Shown piece after piece: positions 9,446 through 21,320 of a stretch of DNA of 64,000 nt. The notes under the pieces were generated by a model. It was not told the DNA's origin, did no database searches, and saw nothing but the letters and a program-made list of their open reading frames with translations. This DNA is from Amoebidium appalachense (Eukaryota > Protista > Ichthyosporea). Positions within the stretch are counted from its first letter, which is position 1. The number at the start of each line of letters is the position of its first letter. Location of the stretch: the NCBI GenBank assembly GCA_963693365.1, contig CAVNZM010000003.1:10902888-10966887 (forward strand), given 5' to 3'. Both the position numbers and the translations under genes were made by a program.

Positions 9446-10926
9446 TAGTCCTTGAAGTAATACAGACCGTTGTGTAGACGGAGGTTGACGAGATGACGGC
9501 CGGTGAGTCGGTCGAAGAGGAATGACGGAGTGGAGGCATCATTCAAATCACCCTTGATGTATTCGGCAGCAGCTTGGGATGTTGAAATGAGGAAGGCTTG
9601 GCCAGACGGGGTGTAGTAGGCTTCAATGGTAAGGGTGGCAGTGCCATGGTCGGTGGTGGTGTTGATGACGATATGGCCGGTGTGGGTGGCCAAGACGGGG
9701 GTTCCATTGAAGGCAGCAACGGGGGTCGGTGTCGGAAGGGGAGTGAGGTCATGGAAGAACTCACGGGTGGGGCAGACAGTCATGTTGCACCCGGAATCCC
9801 AGGCAGGGTCGGAGGACACGGGGACGGAGCTAGCATTGTATGCCGAGAAAACAAAAGAGACAGATTTCTCACTGCCTTGTCGGGAACGGTTGTGTCTGGA
9901 CATACGGCATTTCGGCTCGGGGCAATCGATGATCTTGTGATCAGGCTCGTGGCAGTAGGAGCATGCATTCACGGACGGGTTGTTAGAATGAGCCGGGGAA
10001 TCAGAACGACGGGAACCCGAGAAACGGGAACGACTGGGGGAACGAGACGTGGACCGGAAGGCAGGCCGGTGGGGGGAACGGGATCGGGTGTGCTGACGGG
10101 AGAGACGAGTTCGGAGGTCCGGGCCAGGAGTACGGTCAAGTCGGTTGCGTAAGTCACGGCGAGGAAGATCACGGGGGGGAGCACTGGCATTTAATGCCAT
10201 GCTGGACTTGGAGGCACGGTGGGCACGGTTGCTCCGGAGTTGCATCTTGAGGTCTTGACGTAGCTCGATGCCCTTGACGTGGTTGTGGAGGGACTCGAAG
10301 TCCGGGAATAACTTATCACCGAAGTGATAGTCTTCGATAAGACGGTTGAACTCAGGGGTGAGGTCGTCTCTGGTGGTGAGTTCATTGAAGAACTTCTCAG
10401 CTAGACGAGTGAAGTGAATGGACTCATCTTGGAGGGACTGGAGCTGGTTCACGATGGTCTGCAGACGACTCAGGTAGGTGGTGAATGATTCACCGGGCTG
10501 AAGGGCACAGGCATCCCACTGACGGTGAAGGATGCGGATCTGATCGGGTTTGCCTTGGAGGTAGTGTTGACGGAATTTCCACATGGCCCGTTCAGGGTCC
10601 ATGCCAATACGGTACTGGGCAACCGTGGTGAGCACGGAAGGGTCGATGTTCTGAATCATATGGAGCAGGAGGCAGTTGCGGGCCTCCTTGAGTTCCGCGG
10701 TAGTGCCGTAGCCGTAGAAGGGGGGTTCACCGTCAACCGCGACGGTGGTAGGGGGGACGTAGTTGTCAGCAAGCACAACATCCACGAGTCGGACACCTTT
10801 AGTGCCGGTCATCATGCCGAGAAAAATGATTTCCCACTGAAAATAGGTGGTTTTGCTATCGGGACCAGTCTTCCCTTCACCTTTCCACATGGTTATTTTG
10901 TTTACACCAGTTTTGTTTGGATCCAT
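9442..10926 (-). CDS. Copia Gag-protease
   Basis: ATG (MDPNK) at 10926. UBN2-like GESFTTYLSRL, zinc knuckle CSYCHEPDHKIIDC, protease WDSGCNMT, GLYY. Confidence 0.9.
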   Translation of the reverse strand: MDPNKTGVNKITMWKGEGKTGPDSKTTYFQWEIIFLGMMTGTKGVRLVDVVLADNYVPPTTVAVDGEPPFYGYGTTAELKEARNCLLLHMIQNIDPSVLTTVAQYRIGMDPERAMWKFRQHYLQGKPDQIRILHRQWDACALQPGESFTTYLSRLQTIVNQLQSLQDESIHFTRLAEKFFNELTTRDDLTPEFNRLIEDYHFGDKLFPDFESLHNHVKGIELRQDLKMQLRSNRAHRASKSSMALNASAPPRDLPRRDLRNRLDRTPGPDLRTRLSRQHTRSRSPHRPAFRSTSRSPSRSRFSGSRRSDSPAHSNNPSVNACSYCHEPDHKIIDCPEPKCRMSRHNRSRQGSEKSVSFVFSAYNASSVPVSSDPAWDSGCNMTVCPTREFFHDLTPLPTPTPVAAFNGTPVLATHTGHIVINTTTDHGTATLTIEAYYTPSGQAFLISTSQAAAEYIKGDLNDASTPSFLFDRLTGRHLVNLRLHNGLYYFKDY

Positions 10927-10975
10927 GATTGAAAAACGATCGCTAGTTCTAGATGTGTGTAGGGAGCGTGCAAAA

Positions 10976-10988
10976 GGGCTGCATAACC
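10976..10988 (-). promoter_or_regulatory. Primer-binding site GGTTATGCAGCCC (initiator-Met half-tRNA type)
   Basis: Directly follows the CA end of the 5' LTR. Resembles Drosophila copia GGTTATGGGCCC; it is not a TGG-type PBS. Confidence 0.7.
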
Positions 10989-11913
10989 TGTTAAATTCTA
11001 TAAGTATTTGGGATGTAAGCAGAGACACAGTGGTGTAGTGTGAAAACACCACAAACACACACAACAACAAAACACGGAACGATCGGAGCAGTGTACACAA
11101 CAGACATCAATGTTTAGACACGACTGAACTGAATTTATTCTGATCTTCGAATAAATACCTGAAATTCCTCTAAGTCCAATCCATACATGATTTCCGACCA
11201 GTCGGAAATCAGATCTATCTCTAATAGAAACCAATCACTAAGAACCAATTGCTTTCAGAGAGATCTGGTACGCGGAGACGTACACGATAGGACACAGACA
11301 CTAGTTAAGATCAACTCGTGTCATCATCAAGGAAGTTCTAACCTATGACACACTGCAAAGACTCAGACATATCACACTTAACCTTGATGATTGGTTAAAG
11401 CCCGGCAACACATGAAAACTAAAGTAAATTAATGAAGTCTAAACACACATGCTATTCTAAGTGTAGCCTAAGTGTGTTACCGTCCAATGAACACGTATTA
11501 AGTAACACAAATCTACCTAACATATATTAGTAGAAAAGAAATACGATTATACACATGAAGACAAGGAGAGAAAGAAAAGAAAATAAGGAAGGAGAAAGAG
11601 AAAGGAAAGGAGAGCACAGATCAACAACCAAGATAGTAATAGCATAACTATAACCAGAGATATTTATGTACACACAAACATGTACACGTCTCTCCCTGAG
11701 TGGGTGGATCCGTGTACACACAAATAAATATTCTAATCGATATCACAATACACGACTAAAGCCGATACAACACGATTACAAGTATACAAGCATATCGGAG
11801 ATCGATGCTACACTTTACATAATAGGAGTGTGGCATTTACACTAAGCATATGAACTGAAACATAACACAAACTGAGAAGATCTTACCATATGTAAATATA
11901 ACGTATTACAACA
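10989..11913 (-). repeat. Copia 5' LTR (925 bp)
   Basis: Direct repeat of 5933-6860, adjacent to the PBS and gag. Confidence 0.96.
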
Positions 11914-12306
11914 CTACCGCCGACCGACATAATAACCCCTAGTTCACAGCGCGACCCCACCCCCCCCCCCACCCCCATCCACCCTCCATCCACGTCAATC
12001 CGCCACCCCTACCACCCCCCCCACCCTTCCCTGCCCCCACCAACCCCCTCGATCGCGCTGTGGACTTGCGACTACCCACCGAAGTCCCCTTTCCAATCGA
12101 ATCCCCCTAAACCCCCGTCAGACTCTCTCCCCTGCCCCCCCCCCCCATCCTTCCGCCTTTCCCCCACCCACTCCCTCACCCACAAACCCCCCTTCCCCAC
12201 CCACCCCCACCCCCCACACACATGCCACCTCCGTTTTCAACCTCTACTCAACCGACCCCCGAACCCGCTGTTCCCCCTAAACCCTCGAATCCATTCCCAA
12301 CTCCCC

Positions 12307-14560
12307 TTGGCCCCTCACACCCCCCTGTCCCTCACACCGCCCCTTCTCCTTCCCCCCCCCCCTCCCTCCTTCTTTTTCTCACCCCCCTCTGCTAAGCCTT
12401 TGTCACGTACCGCCGAATGGTACTATAGGCCACCCCCTCATGCCTATATGACTGCTCAAGCGATTTCGGCCGCTATCTCGGCCGCCAATCAAAATCCCCT
12501 TCCGCCCTCCACACCAGAAACCACATATTATGTGCGGTGTGCTGATAATTTTTTAATGCCACCTCACACAGCATATGATCTCCCCTGCTATATCCCCGGC
12601 TTACAAAAACAGCACTTTTACGAACTTGCTGAAATTTCCCCAAGTAGAGACCCCAAACACTTGCGCAAATTGGATGGTCTTGACGTTGGGTACCACCTAG
12701 TTGATTTACTCCCCAACCAGAAATGTTACTTGCACGTGATGGACTTAACCAATCACCCCATCAAGTTACACAAAACCTCGGTTATTGCCGTATGCGCTGT
12801 CGGACATATTGCATACACTGCTCCGTGCCCAGATATCGAAATTACGATAGACCCCCATAACCTCAAAAACAATATGGAAAACACGCTTGTGCAAGAGATA
12901 TACGCACACCAAGCTGCTTTATCTCACTCTACACGTGCACGTTCCGCCGCACAAGCACCGCACTTGGTGGCTGCCCTGCAACCCCCCAACAAACGTGCAC
13001 GCATAGCGGATTCTGACGAACCCCCCCAGCCCCATCCGGCTGCCAAGTCGCATGATCCCACTTATGATCAAACTTTTGATTATGAGGGCATTAATGATAG
13101 TGTTGCTCCTGAACCTTCAAAAACAATGACTGAAAAAGACATAGAAGAACTAGGGGATACCCACTTATCGCATTTATCCCCCGATCAACAAGATCGCATG
13201 CTCGCTCTCTTAAAAAAATACAAAGAACTTACAAACAGCGATGTGATTGGCTCAATGACCAGAGCCACCAATCACTACCACTACATCACACTCACGGATG
13301 AGTCAAAACCGGTGTCATGCAAAACACGACGCTATTCAGAAATCGAACGCCAAGTCATATCCAAAGAAGTCAGGGATATTATGCTTGAGAAAGGAGTTAT
13401 ACGCGAATCACGCAGTCTTTATAACAACCCAATCGTATTGGTTAAGAAGAAAAATGGAACAATTCGTTTTTGCTTTGATGCGAGGGCGGCCAATCGAATC
13501 ACTTTAAAAACCCTCTACCACATGCCCCGCGTAGATGACTCACTTGACGCTATATGCGGCGCATCTGTCTTTACGTTATGTGACGCAAAATCGGGATATT
13601 GGCAAGTGCTGATGCACCCTGATTCAGCACCTGTTACCGCATTCACAGTACCTGATGGTCACTTTGAATTTGTCGCCATGCCTTTTGGGTTAAAAATGCA
13701 CCCGCTGATTATCAAGGCATGATGAATTTCGTGCTACACGGCCTAACTTGGAATTTCGTAACCGTTTATTTGGACGACATTTTGATATACAGCAAAAATA
13801 TTGATGAACATGTAGGCCATCTTGAAATCGTATTCAAACGCCTACTTGAAAACGGCGTACACCTGAATATGACCACATGCTCATTTGCAGTCCCAGAAGC
13901 CGTCTATCTCGGCCACCTCATATCTGCAAAAGGCATACGCGTTGAACCCAAAAAATTACAAGCCGTTCGTGATTGGATCCCCCCACAAAATCCAAAGGAA
14001 ATTTCATCTTTCCTCGGATTTGCGGGCCACTATCGCCGCTTTTGCAAAGATTTTAGCGCCGCCGCAAAACCACTACGTGATCTCACCCTCATTGGTGCTG
14101 AATGGCGCTGGACAGAAGAGCACACTGCTGCATTTGAACAACTCAAGCAGTTGCTTCTTAGCGACCCTGTGGTCCACCACCCCGATTTTTCTAAACCATT
14201 CTACATTGCATGTGATGGTTCCACCCGCGGCCTGGGTGCCGTGCTCTATCAAATGGGTGATAACGCTGACGAACACCCCATTGCATACGCAAGCCGCGCA
14301 CTACATGGCGCTGAAAAAAATTATGCACCCACAGAATTGGAAGCACTTGCATGTGTGTATGCCGTGCAGCAATTCCGCCCCTATGTCTACGGTAATCGCT
14401 TTATTATGGTTACCGACCACAGTGCTTTACAGTTCCTCATGATCAAGGAGCAACTGACTGGCCGTCTAGCCCGCTGGGCGTTACAGCTGTCTGAATACGA
14501 TTTTGATATCTTACATAGGCCCGGCAAGCTTCACGTGGTCCCAGACGCACTGTCCACCGT
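12307..14560 (+). pseudogene. Gypsy RT and RNase H (one frameshift in an A-run at about 13692)
   Basis: YNNPIVLVKKKNGTIRFCFD, DAKSGYWQV, MPFGLK/NAPA, YLDDILI, CDGSTRGLGAVL, NYAPTELEALA, RLARWALQLSEY, PDALS. Confidence 0.93.
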
Positions 14561-14628
14561 AGACATAGGGGCGGAATTGCTGCACGGCATACACACGTGC
14601 TCAAGCACGTGGACCAAGCTTTCAAATC

Positions 14629-16329
14629 GTGGTACCACGCGGTTTCAAATGTAAAATACTTGAAGCCTGCCATGATAGCGTACTTGGTGGCCACTCAGGA
14701 TTTTCTAAAACCTATCAGAAAATCCGCGAACGTTTCTATTGGCCGACCATGTACAGCGACATACACCACTATGTTGCATCATGCACAACCTGCCACGCCG
14801 GCCGCGATCCTCACCACGGATTGGCCCGTTCCCAATATTCCTCCCGCTTACCAGCACAGCCATTCGAGGAGATATCAGTTGACCTTCTCACTAAACTGAC
14901 TCCTTCTTTCAACGGCAATAAATATATTCTCGTTGTTGTTGACAATTTAACCAATTGGATTGAAGCTTTCCCAATCCCGGATAAGAAGGCAGACACCATC
15001 GCATGCACACTCGTGGATGAAATATTCTGCCGCTATTCCCTTCCCCGCCGTGTGATTGTAGACGCCGAAAATAACTTCACCGGCAAACTTATGTCCGACG
15101 TATGCCGCCTACTGGGCATAGATCGCATCGTTACTCCACCATACCACCACTCGTCCAATGGTTTGGTGGAAAAGGCAAATATGGATATTATCCGTGTCCT
15201 GCGCATGTACGTCTCCTCCCACCACCAGGACTGGGATATTTATCTACCCACCGCACTTTTTGCGTTGCGCTCCTCCCTCAATGCCAGCAGAGGCAATTCC
15301 CCCTTTTACCTCCTTTTTGGTATTGACCCCAGACTTCCCGTTGTTCTGGAATTTGAGCACCCCACACATGCCCATCTCCCTGAAAATGTGTACACCCAAC
15401 AACTTGTACACCGCTTGCAGGATGCACGTTTGGCCGCACAGGAGACTTTACGTCAAGCGAGAGCAAAGCAAAAGCAATATGATGATGCTCACTCTCATAG
15501 CGTGCGCATATATACACCTGGCCAACAAGTGTGGGTGCACACACCAGTAACCCAACGCTACCGCACTGGTAAATTACTCCACATGTGGCAAGGTCCATAC
15601 CGTACTGCCCATCGCATCCCTGGCAATGCTGAACTGTACCAACTTGTTACTCCACGCGGTAAATTTATGAAAAATCCGGTTCATCACGATCGGTTAAAAC
15701 CATTTATCAACCGAGATGACCGCCCCTTGGACGATGCTATCCTACCCTTTCCACCTCTCCCACAACCACAAGATCCCCCCGCACCTGGGCAACATCCACT
15801 TGCGGAAGAAGATCTTCCTGAGGATGCAGAATTCGTGGTTCAGGCACCCCCCCCCTCCACCCCCACCCCCACCCCCACCTTCCCGCACGCCCCCTCCCCC
15901 CGCCCCCCTCCCCCTCAACCTCAATCTCTCCCCGCCCCCTCCAAAAAATCTTCCACAACCCCCTCCCCCTCCCTCCCCCATGCCTCAAGCTATGCCTGCC
16001 CAGCCACCCACTCTACCCACTCTCCGACTTCCCCTCCCCGGCCTAGCCGTACCTACGCAGGCCGCTCCCCCTCCACCCCCACCCCCACTACCCTTCCCCT
16101 TCCCCCCCGCCTCCTCACCACATCACTTACGTACGTTCTCCCTCAAAATACATACCCGGACCCCCATATGCCCAATTTGGCACCCTACCCGCATATCCAC
16201 GCCCCACTATCGTATACGTGGATCTCCCCCGGATGGGCATATGCACCTGACGGCCGATTGTACTACTTGGCCGCTGATTATAACGGTCAACCCGCATGGT
16301 TTCCGGATGACCGCATGATCGAAATATAA
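14629..16329 (+). CDS. Gypsy integrase with GPY/F module, Pro-rich linker and small C-terminal domain
   Basis: HDSVLGGHSG...CTTC, PFEEISVD, VIVDAENNF, HHSSNGLVE, WQGPY...VHHDRLKPF. Confidence 0.92.
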   Translation: MVPRGFKCKILEACHDSVLGGHSGFSKTYQKIRERFYWPTMYSDIHHYVASCTTCHAGRDPHHGLARSQYSSRLPAQPFEEISVDLLTKLTPSFNGNKYILVVVDNLTNWIEAFPIPDKKADTIACTLVDEIFCRYSLPRRVIVDAENNFTGKLMSDVCRLLGIDRIVTPPYHHSSNGLVEKANMDIIRVLRMYVSSHHQDWDIYLPTALFALRSSLNASRGNSPFYLLFGIDPRLPVVLEFEHPTHAHLPENVYTQQLVHRLQDARLAAQETLRQARAKQKQYDDAHSHSVRIYTPGQQVWVHTPVTQRYRTGKLLHMWQGPYRTAHRIPGNAELYQLVTPRGKFMKNPVHHDRLKPFINRDDRPLDDAILPFPPLPQPQDPPAPGQHPLAEEDLPEDAEFVVQAPPPSTPTPTPTFPHAPSPRPPPPQPQSLPAPSKKSSTTPSPSLPHASSYACPATHSTHSPTSPPRPSRTYAGRSPSTPTPTTLPLPPRLLTTSLTYVLPQNTYPDPHMPNLAPYPHIHAPLSYTWISPGWAYAPDGRLYYLAADYNGQPAWFPDDRMIEI

Positions 16330-16601
16330 AAAGATCCCCCCCCCCCCCCCCCCATTCCCCCATCCCCCCCCCCCCCCCCCCTGGTAACCAGTAGGCACCC
16401 ATTACCTACCGTCCCCAACCCATTAAAAAAGAAAAATAAAAAAAATTAAACATCATATTTATTTATTATACACTCCTCTCTTTTCCGAGCGCCTTACCTC
16501 GCAAGGCCACCTCCTTCTGAGTTGGCTACTCACTCGAGCCGCTCGAATCGCTAGGCCTTTTCCCCTCATTTCCTGTCCCCCTTCCCCGCCTCCCCTTCCC
16601 C

Positions 16602-16649
<48 letters not shown>

Positions 16650-16750
16650 CGGCACCGCCTTCTAGGCCTACTTCCACGTGCACGAGGCGAGCACCTTATC
16701 TCGCAAGCCCACCCCTGTACCAACCTGGCTACTCACTCGAGCTGCGCTCC

Positions 16751-16837
<87 letters not shown>

Positions 16838-17208
16838 GTGGCCCACCCACGCACATACACACACACTATATTTTCGAATTAAAAAAAAATTCGTTTGCAC
16901 ATGTTGTATGCATGAATGCGTGCGCGTGCCTGTACATATTATATGCATGAAGGCTTTATTAAATAACTCTAACTTACTTTTAGCACGGTTCAGGAGGGTA
17001 CTTAGGACTTTTGAGATAATGGACACGTGCAGCGATTTCTGCCGTTTTATTTTTGCAATTTTGGGTCAAAAATAAGTTGCCGGCAATGCCTGAGGCTATA
17101 ATATTATGGGTTGGCACAGCCATGCGTCATTCACACCAATCAGACTTTACGAAAATTTAGAAGTGTTTGCTAAAACATGGATAAGATTCTTACTTTTGTT
17201 CAGTACTA

Positions 17209-19419
17209 TTATTTTTCCAAACCCCGCTTGACCTCCGATTTGCTTAATTCGAGCAATGCCATTAATTGAGATTTTACAACATTGAACCTGTTACCCTTAC
17301 CCGATTTTCCAAGAAAACTACTTCCGGTAGAAATCGTCCCACACATATTCTCGAATTTCACAGGGTCTATCCATTGAACATATTCCTTTAACTGCTCCTT
17401 CTGTACATTCGGCCTATAGAACCCCTGAAAACTTTTATCTGTGCAAGTCAAAACTGGAAAGGTAGTGGAAGTCTGCCTTGCAGGATCTTCCTTGTGAATA
17501 AACATAGGTTGCAGTTTTGCGTCATATCTCAGATCACTAGCCACACCATCAGGACACCACCAATGCACCCAAAAAGTTCTATCAGCCGGTAGGGCCTCTG
17601 GATTTTCAATATGAATTACTTTCGCCACACAAAATTCCCCCAAGTAGTCTGATCCGGGAGTATTCTGTGCGTCGTCCCAAGTGTGCACCAACACAAAATC
17701 ATTTTCGTTGGGAGCACCCGGGTTTGTAAATTTTACGATTTGGCGCCTTTCCCTCCTACCGTCAGCCCCAATGCACGGTATGTCGCAGTCATCTCCATCT
17801 CTGTTGTTCGGATCTTCAAGTTCGTCCGGGATGGCCGGAAGACCTGGAGGGGGCGGTCGCGGGTATGATCGATTGGATGTCAAATCGCTAACCAGCCGAA
17901 AGGGAAACGTAATGACATTTTCGAATGCCGGCGCAGGTTGCGTGAACTCGCCTGTCACTGTATCATATCCGGCACTCTGCGCTTGCTCCTTCCACCACTC
18001 CAGGTGCTCTCCATCAGGGTCCAAAAATACATTGTCCTTAGCCAATCGCTCAAGCATACTTCCAAGTGTGCCCCATTGTTCGCGTAGCCAAATCGGAAAA
18101 GGCTGAATAGACGACCCTTGGTTCACCTTGATTGACATCGATGCAGGCTGGTTGGGGAGCGTGTGAAGAAGAGCCTTACGCGAACCTCTACATTCTATCC
18201 ACTCGCCTTGGCTGGCAAGTCGCCGAACCTCAAATTTTACGCCAGTGTCCAGTTTGATCCATCGGAAGCATCGCCATTTTGCGAAGTACGACAGGGGATC
18301 GGCGCAAGGGGCTAACCACTCTGTGAACTCTGGAATGGCTTGTACATTGTGCACCTCAGGAGGCTCCACCACTCTCCCTCTTTGGCGAATATACGGCGCT
18401 AAATCTTTCGATCTTGGTCGCTTTTTCAAAGTCTCCATCAAATCGGGAACAGTCCGCGGCGGTTGCTCAGTCAGGTAATGGTTGAATCCCCGAAAGCGGC
18501 CATCGATATCCTCGTGCGTATGTCCCGGAAGAAGGAACGAACACTCCACAGTGGTGAACACACCCCTAGAAACGAGTAATTCAAAAAATTGCATCATTGC
18601 GTTGCAATGATTCTCGGAGGCGTTATCCATTTGCACGTACAACGTCTCTGGCAACGAGCCCCGTATCTCCAATTCACGCTCGATTGCCAACGTGAGTGCC
18701 GTGATTTGGACATTGGCACCCTTGCGACCGTGCTCATCCACGATTGTGTAGAGGGTGCGGCCATGAACGAGGACACTGGTTATCCGAACGGCCTTCTTGG
18801 GAATCGAGCTCGCGGCTTTGGAGTTCCAATGTACGTTCGGGATTTCGGATTTTGCTTGGTCCATTGAGTCAACGATGACACTCATGTACTTGTGTGGCTC
18901 CCGAATTGCAGCTGACCGATGCTGGTAATAGCTCTCTCTCTCCTTTCTGTGACATCTCATGGTCAATCACTATATATATGGTTAGGAGGATCATAATCCT
19001 AGTGTCAACCAGGAGACCCGATCCTAATCACAACTAGGACTCTGGATCCTAGTTACAACTAGGACAATATATCCTAGTTACAACTAGGATGACGTCATCC
19101 TAGTTGGTACTAGGATGACGTCACTCGTTTATCTTCAATGGCTGTACGACACAACTGTGCGGTTTCATGCACTCTAATAATTGCGAATATGTGTGTGTAC
19201 GACAAAGCTGTGCGGTTTCATGCACTCTAGTTGCGAATATGTGTATGTATATAGTGACATACTTTGATTGCAGGAAGTTGCTACCAAAGAGATGTGCGCG
19301 ATGCGGTGATTTGAAATACATGTGATGTCGCCAGATACAAACCCAAATACCAACCCAAATACCCTACGCGCAGGCACACACGTACACACAGTCACTTGCA
19401 AGTGCTTGCGCACACACGT

Positions 19420-19492
<73 letters not shown>

Positions 19493-19575
19493 CACAACGC
19501 CACTACCCAAGCTCCCCCCCTTTTTTTTTCCCTCCTCCACGAAAACATGACTATGTGTGTGTGTTTTGTTCAAGT

Positions 19576-19616
<41 letters not shown>

Positions 19617-19680
19617 GGAAGACTGTGTGGTTGTGGTTGTGTGTGTGCATGTGTGGTACGTGCGGGTGTGCGGGTGTGCA

Positions 19681-19732
<52 letters not shown>

Positions 19733-19921
19733 AATGTGCGTGCGTGGGTGTTTATTTTGGAACAGGTTGTCAGGTGTGTTGTTTTAGAGGTTGTGTGTAT
19801 GCGTGTGCCGTGCATGTAATGATGGTGGTGGTGGTGATGGTGTTTGGGGGGGGGGAGGGAAGTCCAAGTGCTTGCGCACACGTGCATGCGCGCACGCAAC
19901 CACACACACACGCACACGCAC

Positions 19922-20012
<91 letters not shown>

Positions 20013-20144
20013 CACAACACCGCTGCCCCCCCCCCCCCTCCCCCCCCTTTCTTTGCCCTCCTCCACGAGAACATGTGACTGTGTGTGTGTGTGTGAGGGG
20101 GGATGGGGGGAGGGGGGAGGGGGAGGCGGACTGTGTGGTTGTGG

Positions 20145-20238
<94 letters not shown>

Positions 20239-20929
20239 TACGCGGGAGTGTGCAGGTGTGCATGCTTGTTTGTGTGTGTGTGTGTGTGTGTGTGAATGTG
20301 CGTGCGTGGGTGTTTACTTTGGAAGATGTTGTCAGGTGTGATGTTGTAAAGGTTTTGTGTATGTGTGTGCCGTGCACGTAATGATGGTGGTGGTGGTGAT
20401 GGCGTTTGGTGGGTGGGTGGGGGGGGGGGGGGGGGGGGGGGGGAGAGGGGGGGCCACCAGCCTTTGGAGATTGATGTGTGCCTCCCGCAGTTCACGGATG
20501 TGGATCCTTGCAGCATTGGTGGTGGCCAGCTTGAGGCGGGCCTTGAGAATGCAGCAGTACTCACATTTGACGAAGTTGGTGGTCTCGGTGCTTAAACTTA
20601 CACCCTTGAAATGGGTTCTCCAGGCTGCGTGAAACCCCTCTTGATCAAGGTAGCCCTTGTCTGTTACCCGTGCTTGCCGTTTGCGCTTGTGGCCTGAGGC
20701 AGTCTGGAAGGTGTGAAGATCGATTAGTGTGGGTTTTTTTCTCTCTGTCAGTAAGGTGTAGGCGGGGTGTTTTTTTTTGTTGTTGTTGTTCTTGTTGTTC
20801 TGCCTTCCCCCCCGGGGGGAGGGGGGGGGGGGGGGGGGGGGGAGGGGGGGGTTTACACGATTTCATGCACGTATGCTCACATACCAATTCGCCTACACAT
20901 TCTGACGTACACATACTGTAACACACACG

Positions 20930-21010
<81 letters not shown>

Positions 21011-21245
21011 TAGGCGCTTAAGAAGTAGGGTTGCATGGAGGTGCATGTTATGCTGCATACCTCACATGATGTCAGGATGTCAGGCTACATTACGACGTAT
21101 ACTATCCCAAATACGGAAGATGGACAGGTTTGGCCCATTATCCCCCCCTGCCCCCCTCTCCCTCGGTATACACTCTGTTTGCCCCAATGTACTCAACATT
21201 GCAGTGCTTGCCCCCCCCCCCCCTCCCCCCCTCCCAAGTTCTCCA

Positions 21246-21320
<75 letters not shown>

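Larger units (their letters stand above)
5933..11913 (-). mobile_element. Ty1/copia LTR retrotransposon, defective, with 5-bp TSD CTACC
   Basis: Two ~925-bp direct repeats with TG...CA ends. CTACC at 5928-5932 and 11914-11918. Domain order gag-PR-INT-RT-RH on the minus strand. Confidence 0.97.
4800..16329 (+). mobile_element. Ty3/gypsy-type LTR retrotransposon pol region, interrupted by a copia element; gag and LTRs not seen
   Basis: Domain order PR-RT-RNaseH-INT: ADTGS; PIVLVKKKNG, YLDD; CDGS, TDH, DALS; HHCC, integrase core, GPY. Confidence 0.93.

Noticed and set aside
9440-9450. Programmed frameshift between copia PR and INT
   Set aside because: The position lies within pol, no slippery motif is seen, and the element has other lesions. 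A mutation is more likely.
5942-11721. Duplicated small ORFs (78 aa, 64-65 aa) and plus-strand ORFs overlapping the copia
   Set aside because: They are LTR-derived duplicates and antisense shadows of GC-rich pol.
18996-19123. CRISPR-like appearance of the palindromic repeat array
   Set aside because: Spacers are only 6-7 nt, there are no cas genes, and the context is a eukaryotic intron.
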